DNA of 64,000 nucleotides. Source: a virus. The position numbers and the translations under genes are program-made. The first letter of the stretch is position 1. The number at the start of each line of letters is the position of its first letter. The stretch is from IMG/VR virus record IMGVR_UViG_3300024996_000004. The stretch is one strand, 5' to 3'. Positions 38,237 to 49,559 of the stretch are shown here, piece by piece. The notes under the pieces are model-generated. The model saw only the letters and a list, made by a program, of their open reading frames with translations, was not told where the DNA came from and ran no database searches.

Positions 38237-39211
38237 CTGGACAGCTACAATATAGCGAACGTATGAAGGACCACCAGCTATCACTTCATCAACAAAATCT
38301 GATAATGTAAAAAATTCAGAAGTATGTTTATCTTTTAAATCTCGTATAAATTGTCCTAATGGTTTACCCGTTAAACCTGTCAATTCTGAAATTATTTCAC
38401 CATTAAACAATTTTTTGAATTTTTGGTGTTTATTATATTTTTCCTTTTTCAGATTTACTTCATCATCAAAACTAGAACCAAAAATTTCTATAGCTCGGTG
38501 ATAATGCATCATCCGTTCTTCATCCGTTAATTTAGGTTTTGATATTAAATTATTATCTTCGATATATTTAATCATCTTTTGATACATTTTTCTCTTTTTA
38601 TTTCGTGTTCTATCATTATGCGATTGATTTTCTAAACTGAAATATAGTGGATTAAAATATTTGCTAGACGTTGCATATTTAAATATATCTTCTTCAGTAT
38701 CAAATCCATTAAGAAATTTTTTACTATCATAACCCAAAAATTCCAAAGCTTTAATCATATCACGAGTAACTATAACAGAAAGTTTGTAGGAATCATCTAA
38801 GTGACATTCATAACTCAACCCATCATGACCATATTTAAAATTTAAACTTCTGGCTACTCTACCAATGAAGTTTCCCAAGTCTCCTTTACCTGTATAATAA
38901 TACATAGACAAATATTCTTCAGGGCTAGCAAAATTGAAATCGATTTGAACATTTTTATAATTAAAAGAAAAGAAACAATTATTATCTTTATATTCTAAAT
39001 CTTCACCCAAACGATCTTTGATTAATTGTTTTATGTCAAACTTTGAAGTTTTTTCTACAATGAAATCTATATCACCAAAGTCTGTTTTATCTCTGAAAGT
39101 TTCAGAAACGATCATCCGAATTTCAGGAAATAAATGCATGATTTCTATCACTATTGAATTGTGTTCAATAAGATTAATTCGTCTAGAATTTTTTATAGCA
39201 TTGCCGCCCAT
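38222..39211 (-). CDS. Pol X/beta-like nucleotidyltransferase
   Basis: MGGNA, KTDFGDIDFIV, VQIDF, KYGHDGL. Confidence 0.75.
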   Translation of the reverse strand: MGGNAIKNSRRINLIEHNSIVIEIMHLFPEIRMIVSETFRDKTDFGDIDFIVEKTSKFDIKQLIKDRLGEDLEYKDNNCFFSFNYKNVQIDFNFASPEEYLSMYYYTGKGDLGNFIGRVARSLNFKYGHDGLSYECHLDDSYKLSVIVTRDMIKALEFLGYDSKKFLNGFDTEEDIFKYATSSKYFNPLYFSLENQSHNDRTRNKKRKMYQKMIKYIEDNNLISKPKLTDEERMMHYHRAIEIFGSSFDDEVNLKKEKYNKHQKFKKLFNGEIISELTGLTGKPLGQFIRDLKDKHTSEFFTLSDFVDEVIAGGPSYVRYIVAVQLTTR

Positions 39212-39366
39212 GTTTATTCCTTATTTTAAATAATAATTACCAATATAATAGCATACTATATTCATTTAAATCACATCATTAAATAAAAATTAATTTACGT
39301 TAAGCTAAATTTCATACAAAAGTTATAGATGCAAAAATGTGATAAATAAAAGAAATATGAGATTAA

Positions 39367-40563
39367 ATGATGAATAATGATTTGTTTAATGTGTCTGTTA
39401 AAGGCCATGTTAAGATAGAAGATAGAACAGCAAATAAAATTCTATTAGATAAGTTTAATAGAATCCATCCACAAAACATGGCTCGTGTCATTGCACGCGC
39501 ATTATCGCATGAACCGAACTCTTACATATACAGGTTGGCTCTGGGTAATGGAAGCAACACTTGGGCTTCGGATGGTACTGTTATCGTAAAACCTGCACTC
39601 GACGGTACTGACGGTAGCACTTGGGAAACCAGATTATACAATGAAACATATTCGGAAATAGTTGATGGAAGAAGTTCATTAGTAGGTACTGATCCGGGTG
39701 ATTCAGATGCTAATAGTGGTGTTAGACCGGGTGGTGGTGCTGTTCCTGCAGATGATCCAGCTTCTGATAGTGTTGTATCTCAAGAAGTGGGCAGTAAATC
39801 GAATGTAACAGTTACTATGTACATAAATGGTAATGAACCTACCGGCCAAGCTAATACTACTTCACCTATTATTGGATCAGATACTACATTAGAATTTAAT
39901 GAAATAGCTTTGTATACTTCAGGATCACAAGCTAGAGATTCTTCTGGTTATAGTTCAGTTAATGTAGGAAATGCTACGTCCAGTGATGTATCTACTTTGG
40001 CTATCAATACAAGTTACAATATTAGCATGACGGTTAATGGAGTAACATATAGTTCAACGCTAATTACTCCATCAGCTGGAACAGGACCATCAAGCACATT
40101 AACTTATGGTGATATATGTGAAGGCATAAACACTGGATCATGGATTGCTAGTGGTGATGTATTAAACAATTACATATACGTGTATATCACAGATAATTCC
40201 GGTGGACTTTATCCATCTATATTAAATAAACAATCTTATGGTTATTTAAATTTTTCAAGTTTACTTACTGGTTCAACCTCTACAGTAAATTTATCATGTT
40301 CTTCGGGAGTCACTTCAGATTTTTTCAATATATTATCAGGTGGTATTTGTGGAAATGTAAACTTTACTGTTGTTAATGGTTTAGCAGCTGGCGTAGCTAA
40401 TGATCCATTATCTCCAACGAACGAAAGAGAGCGCATGTTGACTATGTTGACTTTTCCTTCAATATATAAATCTGCTGGTAATCAGATTGTTATTACATAT
40501 ACATTAACAGTCTCTGTCAATCCTTCCGTTTCTACAATAGAAAATGAAATTCCAGCTGCTTAA
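39367..40563 (+). CDS. Virion structural (baseplate/tail) protein
   Basis: VKGHVKIED, FNEIAL, LT..F.SIYKS....ITYTL; GATAAATA upstream. Confidence 0.7.
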   Translation: MMNNDLFNVSVKGHVKIEDRTANKILLDKFNRIHPQNMARVIARALSHEPNSYIYRLALGNGSNTWASDGTVIVKPALDGTDGSTWETRLYNETYSEIVDGRSSLVGTDPGDSDANSGVRPGGGAVPADDPASDSVVSQEVGSKSNVTVTMYINGNEPTGQANTTSPIIGSDTTLEFNEIALYTSGSQARDSSGYSSVNVGNATSSDVSTLAINTSYNISMTVNGVTYSSTLITPSAGTGPSSTLTYGDICEGINTGSWIASGDVLNNYIYVYITDNSGGLYPSILNKQSYGYLNFSSLLTGSTSTVNLSCSSGVTSDFFNILSGGICGNVNFTVVNGLAAGVANDPLSPTNERERMLTMLTFPSIYKSAGNQIVITYTLTVSVNPSVSTIENEIPAA

Positions 40564-40630
40564 TATTAACATTTATAACCTATTGTGGTTATCTAACCGA
40601 TAAATAGTGTAAAATGTACTGAGACAGTTT

Positions 40631-43600
40631 GTGAATGTAAATATCCATGGTTATGCCTACAATGTTGGCGATACTGCATATGTTCTAGATGAAAATCTAG
40701 ATTACATTTATTGTATTTGTGTTTCAGTAGATGGTGTAATAAATGATGAATTAACTTACCATTTTAATATTATCGGTACTGATATAATCAATGTTTATAC
40801 ACAAAATGATTTGTATCCACTTTTTAGTAATGCCGAAATTGCTAGAAATAGATTAATCACACCTACTCCTACAATTACTCCTACACTTACACCATCTATA
40901 ACTCGTTCACCTTTTCAAACACCTACTAATAGTCCTACACCTACAGTTACAAGAGTTATTCCCGTAAATTTATTAAATGCTAATACAAATCCTTGGACAG
41001 CAATTAATGGTGTAGTTACTGTAAATTCAGACAATTCGATAACATTAATTTCCACCAGTTTACATTCTGATAACATGGTTATGTTTTCTACTACTGTAGA
41101 TACTGTTAATGATACAAAATACACTTTATCATTTGACTATAGACAAGGTTCGTGTAGAAATTTTATAGTTTATATTATATCAGATACGGACGTAATGTTT
41201 GTGGATGATAATAGTACTTATTTGACCAGCATATATTATGCTATCACTTCTGATAGCGGACGTTTAAAAGTAGATTTTGAAACGATAAATTCGGGAATAA
41301 TATCTATTGTTATGATATTATATGATGATGCTAGCTTTAGTTCATATGCAACAGGTAGCAAGTATTATAAACTAACTGATTTATCAATGCCATATAGATC
41401 GTTTGGGCCGCCTACTCCTACTCCTACGATTTCTGTTACACCAACCATTACGCCTACTATAAGTATTACTCCAAGCATTACTAATAGCATATCGTTAACA
41501 CCAACAACAACCGCGACGCCGACAATTACTGTTACACCTACACATAGTGCAACGATGCCACCATCGTTTAGTCCTACTATTAGTGTGACTCAAACTCCGA
41601 CAGTAACACCGACCAGTACTGCAACGCCAACGATTACTGTTACACCTACACATAGTGCAACGATGCCACCATCGTTTAGTCCTACTATTAGTGTGACTCC
41701 AAGTTTAACACCGACGAATACAATTACACCGACTCAAACCTCAACACCAATGAGCACGGTAACACCAACGGTAACTGTCACACCTGAAGTCACCATAACT
41801 CCAACATTGACGGCTACAGTAACACCAACAATGACCAATACTACAACGGTTACTGTAACACCACCAATTTCGAATACGCCCGAAGCTACAGTGACTCCAA
41901 CAATGACAGCTACAAACACGCCAACATTGACCGCTACTGTGACTCCAACCACAACTATTACTCCTGAAGTTACTATAACTCCGACGATATCAGTTACCCC
42001 TACTATTACTGTGTCACCAACAATAACATCCACACCTGAAGTCACTGTTACACCTACAGTAACTAACACTGTTACACCAACAATGACCAATACTACAACG
42101 GTTACAGTAACGCCACCAATTTCGAATACGCCTGAAGCTACAATGACTCCAACAGCGACAGCTACTGTGACTCCAACATTAACAATATCAAACACACCCG
42201 GAGTAAGCATTACTCCTACAGCAACTGTTACACCAACGATATCAATTACACCAGAAATTACTATAACACCAACTAATACTACTACAGTAACGCCAACAAT
42301 GACTGCAACTGTAACGCCAACATTTACTGCTACTACAACGCCGCCTGTTACTATTACGCCAACAATGACAAGTACTGTAACACCTACAGTAACTCAAACG
42401 ACGACAGCTACAGTGACTCCAACAATATCTATAACACCTACGATTTCTGTGACACCGGAAGTCACTGTGACACCGACAATGACAGGAACCCCAACATTTA
42501 CACCTACAAGTACGCCAGTAGCTACAATAACGCCCACACTGACAGTAACTTCTACTGCAACAATTACTGCTACTATAACTCCAACGATTTCAATAACGGC
42601 TACAGTAACACCAACATTTACAGCCACTGGAACACCAGTAGCTACGGTAACTCCAACAGTTACAGCAACTTTAACCAATACTGCAACTGTTACACCTACA
42701 GTGACAGCTACTACAACACCACCAGTGACCGTAACGCCAACAATGACAAGTACTACAACACCACCAGTGACTGTAACACCAACAGTGACAAGTACTACAA
42801 CACCACCTGTTACTATTACGCCAACAATGACAAGTACTATAACACCTACAGTGACAAGTACTACAACGCCACCAGTGACTGTAACACCAACAGTGACAAG
42901 TACTGTAACGCCAACATTTACTGCTACTACAACGCCGCCTGTTACTATTACACCAACAATGACAAGTACTACAACGCCACCAGTGACTGTAACACCAACA
43001 GTGACAAGTACTGTAACGCCAACATTTACTGCAACTGTAACGCCAACATTTACTGCTACTACAACACCACCAGTGACTGTAACACCACCAGTGACTGTAA
43101 CGCCACCAGTGACTGTAACGCCAACAATGACAAGTACTATTACACCTACAGTAACAGCCACAAATTCCGGTGTTACTACATATGCTCCATTCTCCACAAC
43201 TCGTAAAGCTTCAGGAACAGTATTATCGAATAGTAATTTCTCTGCTGCTTTGGATAGCACGATCAACTCAACCATTGCAGCAACAGACTCTTCATGGGCA
43301 GTAGATGGTACAACAGCTAACAAATATTGGGAAATATCTTGGTCAACATTAAGCGGTATTGGTGGTGTTGCATTAGTCGCTGATACCTTTAGTTCATTTA
43401 CAGGAAGCGTGATTTGTGGTGTGGATCATATAGGTTCTATAGGTTTGTGGTCTGATGGTTCCGTAGATTATTGGATTACTGGCTCCACATTTACCGAAAC
43501 AACTGGTGGTAGAGGATTCTCTAGTACTGATATAATTACATTATGTCTTAAAAATGGAAATCTCTACATGGGTACTGTAGCAGCTGGCTGGGAAGGAAAC

Positions 43601-46318
43601 CCTGAAACTGAAACAGGTTATAAAGTTTCAGGAATTACTGGAAATTGGAGTCCTGCCGTATGTAGCTATGGATCAGGTACTCGTAATGCCAATTTAAATT
43701 CTGGACAAACAACATGGAGTGGCGTGCCACCTACTGATAGCGAAGGCTGGTTCACATCAGCATCCCCTACACCTACACCAACATCTACAGTGACTCCTAC
43801 ATTTACACCAACATTTACACCAACAATGACTGTTACACAAACTTCTGGACTTGTTGTTACACCTACAAGCACAAGTACTACAACGCCTACAAGCACTGTA
43901 ACACCTACAATTTCAATAACACCTACAACTATAGCTTCATCGACATGGACAGCATGGAGTACAACTCGTAAAGCTTCAACCATTACTGTTTCTGGATTAC
44001 AAGCTACTATACCACAGCAAGGTGCCATTGCGGGTGATATGTCAGTAGATGCTACAACGGCTAATCGATATTTTGAAATAACAGTAAACAATTCTACTGG
44101 ACAAGTGTCCGGAATAGGAATACTAAGAGAAGATTATACTAACTATAGTGGAGTTATGGGATATTCATCTGTAGGCTCCGTGGCATATTATGCAGATGGA
44201 TCACTTGATTATTTCCTTTCTGGAACAAATGCTGCACCAGAAATCACAGGATTAACAACTTGGGCTACTGGTGATGTGATGGCTGTCTGTCTTAAAAATG
44301 GAGCATTATATTTTGGCAAAGCTAGCGGTGGAGTAACAACTTGGCTCAACGGAAATAATCCTGAAACAGAGACTGGATCACAAGTTACAGGTATTACAGG
44401 TCGTTGGAGTCCAGCTGTATGTGGATATTCATCAGGAACCCGAGTTATGACAGCTAACTTTGGCGCTAGTGCGTGGGTAGGTGCTGCTCCTACCGATGCT
44501 ATTGGCTGGCCTCATGCTCCTACATTAGGCAGCCATACAATGTATAAAGGTGAAGATTACAACACTGCTACACCTGTTATTAGTACAGCTATAACTACAA
44601 GAAGTGGAAGTAGTTATCTAATATCTAGAGGTGGTTTTGCTACTGTGACGCCCGTACCTACAGATAATATGAGTAATACATTTACGTTAAATGCCGTTTC
44701 CGATTATGTTGGATATAGTGGAACTTTTGATGCACGTAATTTCACTTGCTTGAACGGTGCCGGTGGTACTGACTATCAAGTGACATTAGATAATAGCGCT
44801 GCAAGTACTCGTGAAATTACTATGGGAATAGTAGAAATAATTAAAGATGCAGATGGCAATAATGTACGTCTAGAAGATGTCAGTTTCGTATATCCTGCCG
44901 ATGCTCCTACTATTACAAGTAATGCTGTAACTACTAGTGGACCTGCATTGCTAGTTGCTATATGGACAGGTGATGCTGGTGGATTAAATCACACAGCAGT
45001 GCCTAGTGACGGATGGCATATCATTGATAGCTTCCTAAGTTTGCCACCTAATAGTGCGGTACAATATGCAATTGCCGTCAAAGATGTAGATAGTGCCGGT
45101 TCATATTCTATAAGTTGGGCGCAAACACCTACTCAAAGCTCTCCATTGTGGATATACGCTTTCCAAAGTGATACAACCCCTTCTGTAACGCCTACAGTTA
45201 CTCCAACACCTACTGTAACATCTACTATTATTGGTTCACCTACCGTAACACCTACGACAACTGTAAGTATTACTACAAGTCCAACTGTAACACCTACAAA
45301 GACAAGTACAGTGACACCTACTATTTCATTGACTATTACAGTGACACCAAGTATTACACCAACACATACACCAACGCCTACAAAGACTATTACAATTACA
45401 CCAACAATTACACCGACAAGAACTAAAACGCCTGCTGCTGGTTCGACAGTAACGGTAACGCCTTCAGTTACTCGAAGCGTTACAAGAACACCTACTAAGA
45501 CTCCGACACCATCACCTACTATTTCATTGACTATTACAGTGACACCGAGTATTACTCCTACAATTACAGTAACACCTTCAGTGACAAGAACTGCAACAAC
45601 TTCTATCACACCTTCTATCACTGCTTCTGTTACAGGTTCATTAGGTGCCAGTGTTACACCGACACCTACGCCAACAACAACAATAACACCTACTATTACT
45701 TCAACACCAACAGCAGTAATAAATTATACAACATGGGATTCGGCAGATACTTCATATGGAATATCTTTTAGTAATGGTGATTTAACCGTTTTGTGTGCGG
45801 GAGATAATAGAGGTACTTCTTCATTGGCGGCGAGTGCGGTTGACGTGTCAACTGCACATAATTACTACGAACAACATTTGGATGCTTTCGTAGCATCTGG
45901 TGTATCTTATGTTGGATTTGCTACAAGTGCATGGGCTAAAGACAGTCCTCCCGGAACAGGATATGCAGCTACACCTAATGCATTCTCTGTTAATAAAACT
46001 GGTACAATGTGGTTAAGTCAGGCTAATGTGGGTTCTACTGGTCTTACTTTCACTACAGGTGATTATGTATTGATGTACTTAGCAGCCGGTGGCGGTGTTT
46101 ATATCGGAAAAAATAGTGGAGGCACAGTGACTTGGGCTTCAGGACACAATCCAAATACAGTGGGTGATACTCCAAATTATACACTACCAGCAGGTACATG
46201 GCGTCCCGCTTGTGGTGGTGATGCTTCTGGCTCTAACCAAGTAACAATGACCACTAACTTCGGTGCTTCTGCATGGTCTACAACCCCTCCAACCGGAGCT
46301 ATCGGTTGGACTGATTAA
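40631..46318 (+). CDS. Giant mucin-like Thr/Pro-repeat fibre protein with CBM-like and three SPRY/ConA-like domains
   Basis: ~800 aa of TPTxTx repeats; YWE/YFE/YYE...TGD....L.....Y.G...W.PA....NFG domains; GATAAATA upstream. Confidence 0.88.
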   Translation: MNVNIHGYAYNVGDTAYVLDENLDYIYCICVSVDGVINDELTYHFNIIGTDIINVYTQNDLYPLFSNAEIARNRLITPTPTITPTLTPSITRSPFQTPTNSPTPTVTRVIPVNLLNANTNPWTAINGVVTVNSDNSITLISTSLHSDNMVMFSTTVDTVNDTKYTLSFDYRQGSCRNFIVYIISDTDVMFVDDNSTYLTSIYYAITSDSGRLKVDFETINSGIISIVMILYDDASFSSYATGSKYYKLTDLSMPYRSFGPPTPTPTISVTPTITPTISITPSITNSISLTPTTTATPTITVTPTHSATMPPSFSPTISVTQTPTVTPTSTATPTITVTPTHSATMPPSFSPTISVTPSLTPTNTITPTQTSTPMSTVTPTVTVTPEVTITPTLTATVTPTMTNTTTVTVTPPISNTPEATVTPTMTATNTPTLTATVTPTTTITPEVTITPTISVTPTITVSPTITSTPEVTVTPTVTNTVTPTMTNTTTVTVTPPISNTPEATMTPTATATVTPTLTISNTPGVSITPTATVTPTISITPEITITPTNTTTVTPTMTATVTPTFTATTTPPVTITPTMTSTVTPTVTQTTTATVTPTISITPTISVTPEVTVTPTMTGTPTFTPTSTPVATITPTLTVTSTATITATITPTISITATVTPTFTATGTPVATVTPTVTATLTNTATVTPTVTATTTPPVTVTPTMTSTTTPPVTVTPTVTSTTTPPVTITPTMTSTITPTVTSTTTPPVTVTPTVTSTVTPTFTATTTPPVTITPTMTSTTTPPVTVTPTVTSTVTPTFTATVTPTFTATTTPPVTVTPPVTVTPPVTVTPTMTSTITPTVTATNSGVTTYAPFSTTRKASGTVLSNSNFSAALDSTINSTIAATDSSWAVDGTTANKYWEISWSTLSGIGGVALVADTFSSFTGSVICGVDHIGSIGLWSDGSVDYWITGSTFTETTGGRGFSSTDIITLCLKNGNLYMGTVAAGWEGNPETETGYKVSGITGNWSPAVCSYGSGTRNANLNSGQTTWSGVPPTDSEGWFTSASPTPTPTSTVTPTFTPTFTPTMTVTQTSGLVVTPTSTSTTTPTSTVTPTISITPTTIASSTWTAWSTTRKASTITVSGLQATIPQQGAIAGDMSVDATTANRYFEITVNNSTGQVSGIGILREDYTNYSGVMGYSSVGSVAYYADGSLDYFLSGTNAAPEITGLTTWATGDVMAVCLKNGALYFGKASGGVTTWLNGNNPETETGSQVTGITGRWSPAVCGYSSGTRVMTANFGASAWVGAAPTDAIGWPHAPTLGSHTMYKGEDYNTATPVISTAITTRSGSSYLISRGGFATVTPVPTDNMSNTFTLNAVSDYVGYSGTFDARNFTCLNGAGGTDYQVTLDNSAASTREITMGIVEIIKDADGNNVRLEDVSFVYPADAPTITSNAVTTSGPALLVAIWTGDAGGLNHTAVPSDGWHIIDSFLSLPPNSAVQYAIAVKDVDSAGSYSISWAQTPTQSSPLWIYAFQSDTTPSVTPTVTPTPTVTSTIIGSPTVTPTTTVSITTSPTVTPTKTSTVTPTISLTITVTPSITPTHTPTPTKTITITPTITPTRTKTPAAGSTVTVTPSVTRSVTRTPTKTPTPSPTISLTITVTPSITPTITVTPSVTRTATTSITPSITASVTGSLGASVTPTPTPTTTITPTITSTPTAVINYTTWDSADTSYGISFSNGDLTVLCAGDNRGTSSLAASAVDVSTAHNYYEQHLDAFVASGVSYVGFATSAWAKDSPPGTGYAATPNAFSVNKTGTMWLSQANVGSTGLTFTTGDYVLMYLAAGGGVYIGKNSGGTVTWASGHNPNTVGDTPNYTLPAGTWRPACGGDASGSNQVTMTTNFGASAWSTTPPTGAIGWTD
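41410..43160 (+). repeat. Imperfect 18-bp tandem repeats encoding TPTxTx
   Basis: ACACCAACA-rich periodicity with larger internal duplications; second block at 45170-45715. Confidence 0.92.
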
Positions 46319-46350
46319 TTCTAAAAAATTTTATGATAATTTATAAAGTA

Positions 46351-47043
46351 TTAATTTAAGGGTAATCCTATATGACCATTGACATCCGTCATACGCATCA
46401 TTTCAATGATTGATGTATCACTTATATTGAAGATGGGATAGTTACTTTTTAATGCTGCCATTTGTACATCAATGGTTACAGTAAATTGAGATAAATTATT
46501 CAATTCATTGAATTCATAACCACATTCCCATGTTTTTATAAAGTTATGAATAGAGGGATCGACTTTAAATATCAAACATGCTTCTCGAAAGACATAATAT
46601 TGTTGTAATTTATCATTATTATGAGCTAATATTTTTTCAATAGTACATGGTGAATTTTTAAATATGTCTATGTGATATTTTAGTGAATCTTTTCCTAATG
46701 GTGCATTCAAACCATAATTAATAGATTGAAAAGCTTCTTCATTATAAGTTGATGTTAAGTAACAATCCGCATCTAACATAATAATAATGTCATCTGTATT
46801 AGTCAATTCATTAGCTTTTAATAAAGATTGATATTTTAGATTAGGTTTAAATAAATCTCCAGTATAATCCTTTCCTTTGCTCACTGTTAATACATCTGAA
46901 GTGTAAGAGCTATAAAATTCAATATTATCAGTGACAATATGAATTTTACTATCACTAGCATATTTTTTAATGCTATCTATCGCTCTTAAAGACAATTCAT
47001 GGTATTTTTCGCCATAAGCGATGATAGCAAATATAATCATCAT
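46351..47043 (-). CDS. GT-A-fold glycosyltransferase-like protein
   Basis: IHIVTD, LK...L, IMLDADC (DxD). Confidence 0.7.
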   Translation of the reverse strand: MMIIFAIIAYGEKYHELSLRAIDSIKKYASDSKIHIVTDNIEFYSSYTSDVLTVSKGKDYTGDLFKPNLKYQSLLKANELTNTDDIIIMLDADCYLTSTYNEEAFQSINYGLNAPLGKDSLKYHIDIFKNSPCTIEKILAHNNDKLQQYYVFREACLIFKVDPSIHNFIKTWECGYEFNELNNLSQFTVTIDVQMAALKSNYPIFNISDTSIIEMMRMTDVNGHIGLPLN

Positions 47044-48695
47044 TAATTCGTATAATGTCTATTTTCGCGACGAGTTTTTCCATCATAAAAAGTCTTACGT
47101 TCATGGTAAACAGGCGCAGCTAATAAAGTTCCAACTTTCAATTTACCATCCATCATGTAAGTTTTACATGCCGAACAAAGTGTTTGTTCGTACAGATGTT
47201 CATACACAATATTCAAAAATACTTTGCGATTGCCTTCTTTATTGAACATAATAGGCCAATTACTATAATGAAAATGACCTACAGCATAAGCTACATTTTT
47301 ATATTTGCCTAGATATTCAACTTTTGATTTCCATCTAAGTTCTTCATTTCCATCTTCACGAATTGGAAAATATAATTCTCTTTTATCTGCAGGAACATTC
47401 TTAAAAGACCAATCGCTTAAATTATCACCGAAGAATTCGATAATCGTAGCTCTTAAATAATCTAAATTGTTATCTTCAATGATGTCTATCATAACATTAA
47501 ACATATCTGGAACGTATCTAATAAACCCGTCTACATTTTGTACATTATCTGTAGAAGCAACTAATTTAAAATCTTCTTCAAAAAACATATAATATTTGTG
47601 ATCACTTGTGTCAAAATGAGTAGCGGCCTTCTGTCTACCATCTTGTATGCCTATGTTCGATCCTTCGTGGATTATTTCAAAATCATATTTAGTAAATAGC
47701 TTCCGATATTCTACTTTAGCATTTTTGTCAGTAGAATTATCTATGACATATTTTTTATGATTTGTGAAATCTTTAGGATAAGCTTTTTGATAAGATTCGA
47801 CAAACGATTTGAATTCAGAAGGGGTGTTATAAGTCAAAGCATAGACCGCTATGGGAAATTCTGGCTCCGATTCAATGATATTTTTAGACAAATCTTCAAA
47901 AAATTTATATAAAAGACCATTACTTTCTATCATTTTTACATTATATTTTTTCGGTTCCCGATAAGTTAATAATGTAAATATATTCTCTTCTGTCCCCATT
48001 TCATTTACGTTTAATGTTTCATGTAATAGTTGATAATATTCTCCATTACATGAGTTAATGGCGTCTCGACTTCCACCGAAAAATCCTCCGCGACACACAT
48101 ATTCCGTATCCTTGCCTGCGAATTTATTCATCCCAGCTTTAGTGAATCCGTGAACTTCATATTTTCCATCATAAGGAAAGGCTACAAACAACATTTTATT
48201 CAAATGTGGTGTCAATTTTTTCTCAAAATTATCATCAATATACTGATTTAAATTAACAGTATTAGCTAATCCAGCATCAATCCATGCATAATATTTTGTA
48301 GAAAATGTATTGAATATTGTGGCGTCATTCAACATAAACATCTTTGACATAACTAATGGATCATATAATTCTAACTTAGCTTGAGTGCTATCCTGTAACC
48401 AACTCGCTTGACTATACCATTTTGGATCATTACGTATTTTTTGAATTTTGTCATAAAATGGAAAATTCCTCAAATCGTCTAATGATTTGTGGATTACTTG
48501 TGTATTAGTTCTCGATCTATGTTTCCATACAATATGTTCATTCTCTTTCTCTATGTAAATGATCATAGGATAATTTACTTTTAAAAGCTTTTCAAAACAT
48601 TCTATATAATGGGAAAATGGACGTTTGAAATCCGTATCAAGTTGTCCACGACCTATATCAAATAAACCTGTGACTAATGTCAGTTTGTGTGTCAT
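47043..48695 (-). CDS. Two-domain glycosyltransferase (HtrL/YibB-like + GT2-like)
   Basis: TLVTGLFDIGR, SK, WIDAG, GGFFGG, GTEE; second domain VIDNS, NIG, FFEED. Confidence 0.82.
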   Translation of the reverse strand: MTHKLTLVTGLFDIGRGQLDTDFKRPFSHYIECFEKLLKVNYPMIIYIEKENEHIVWKHRSRTNTQVIHKSLDDLRNFPFYDKIQKIRNDPKWYSQASWLQDSTQAKLELYDPLVMSKMFMLNDATIFNTFSTKYYAWIDAGLANTVNLNQYIDDNFEKKLTPHLNKMLFVAFPYDGKYEVHGFTKAGMNKFAGKDTEYVCRGGFFGGSRDAINSCNGEYYQLLHETLNVNEMGTEENIFTLLTYREPKKYNVKMIESNGLLYKFFEDLSKNIIESEPEFPIAVYALTYNTPSEFKSFVESYQKAYPKDFTNHKKYVIDNSTDKNAKVEYRKLFTKYDFEIIHEGSNIGIQDGRQKAATHFDTSDHKYYMFFEEDFKLVASTDNVQNVDGFIRYVPDMFNVMIDIIEDNNLDYLRATIIEFFGDNLSDWSFKNVPADKRELYFPIREDGNEELRWKSKVEYLGKYKNVAYAVGHFHYSNWPIMFNKEGNRKVFLNIVYEHLYEQTLCSACKTYMMDGKLKVGTLLAAPVYHERKTFYDGKTRRENRHYTN

Positions 48696-48707
48696 AAAAT
48701 TCTCTTA

Positions 48708-49559
48708 TTATATCAAATCTTCAAAAAAACCACTAAAAGATTTCAGTTGTGGATTATAACAATCCCAATCTTCGTGATACCATGTTGTAAATGTTTCAAT
48801 GTTAAATTTATCTGGATGTTGTTGATAAATCAATGTTAATATCAATTCTTCAGGTAATAATGTATTATTTTCTAATATGTAAGAAATAATATTTACATAA
48901 TCCTGTGTTATGTCTTTAATAACAGATTCTGTTCCACCAAAAAGACCTGCAACAATGCTTCCAGTCAATCTAGATTTATTTGCATATAATTCTGGATATT
49001 GATGTTGCAGGCAATCACAGTAAAAGGTAAACATTTTGTCATTATCAGTTATTTTATCTAATTTTTCAATCAATTTATTTGAAAACGCTAAATCGTTTTG
49101 ATGAGTGCCTTCGACTGAAGTATCTTGAGTTGAATTGAACTTTTTAGGTAGAATTCCACAATGTGATATGCCTGCATCAATCCAGAATATTTTATGATCA
49201 GGATTTCCAATCATTTCATCATTCATCCATAATAACTTTTGCCACATAATTTCCACACAACGATGTTTCCATATCAAATCTTTTTCATATTCTTTAGCAT
49301 TAATAGTTTTTAACCGCGTAATATCTGTATGATATACACAGTTTGTTAAATCAAAAATTTTTAGTGTGACATTGGTGATATTATGCATGTCTAAATATTT
49401 TTGAATATTCTTCTCATCATTATCTGAAGTATAACATATGATATCTACACCCATTCCAGCCAAGCATCTTAAAGAATAGAGATACCAATTGTCTCTATTC
49501 AATCTTCCATTAAATGATGATGTATGTAAGCCATTATATATTGCAGTTACAAATTTCAT
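48708..49559 (-). CDS. HtrL/YibB-like glycosyltransferase
   Basis: FVTAIY, K..W, FWIDAG, GLFGG, EE.IL. Confidence 0.78.
   Translation of the reverse strand: MKFVTAIYNGLHTSSFNGRLNRDNWYLYSLRCLAGMGVDIICYTSDNDEKNIQKYLDMHNITNVTLKIFDLTNCVYHTDITRLKTINAKEYEKDLIWKHRCVEIMWQKLLWMNDEMIGNPDHKIFWIDAGISHCGILPKKFNSTQDTSVEGTHQNDLAFSNKLIEKLDKITDNDKMFTFYCDCLQHQYPELYANKSRLTGSIVAGLFGGTESVIKDITQDYVNIISYILENNTLLPEELILTLIYQQHPDKFNIETFTTWYHEDWDCYNPQLKSFSGFFEDLI

Noticed and set aside
41410-43160. Ice-binding TxT solenoid
   Set aside because: Pro every sixth residue fits an extended linker rather than a beta-solenoid
41734-45621. Long Val/Gly-rich minus-strand ORFs
   Set aside because: Antisense shadows of ACN/CCN repeat codons; no independent expression signals
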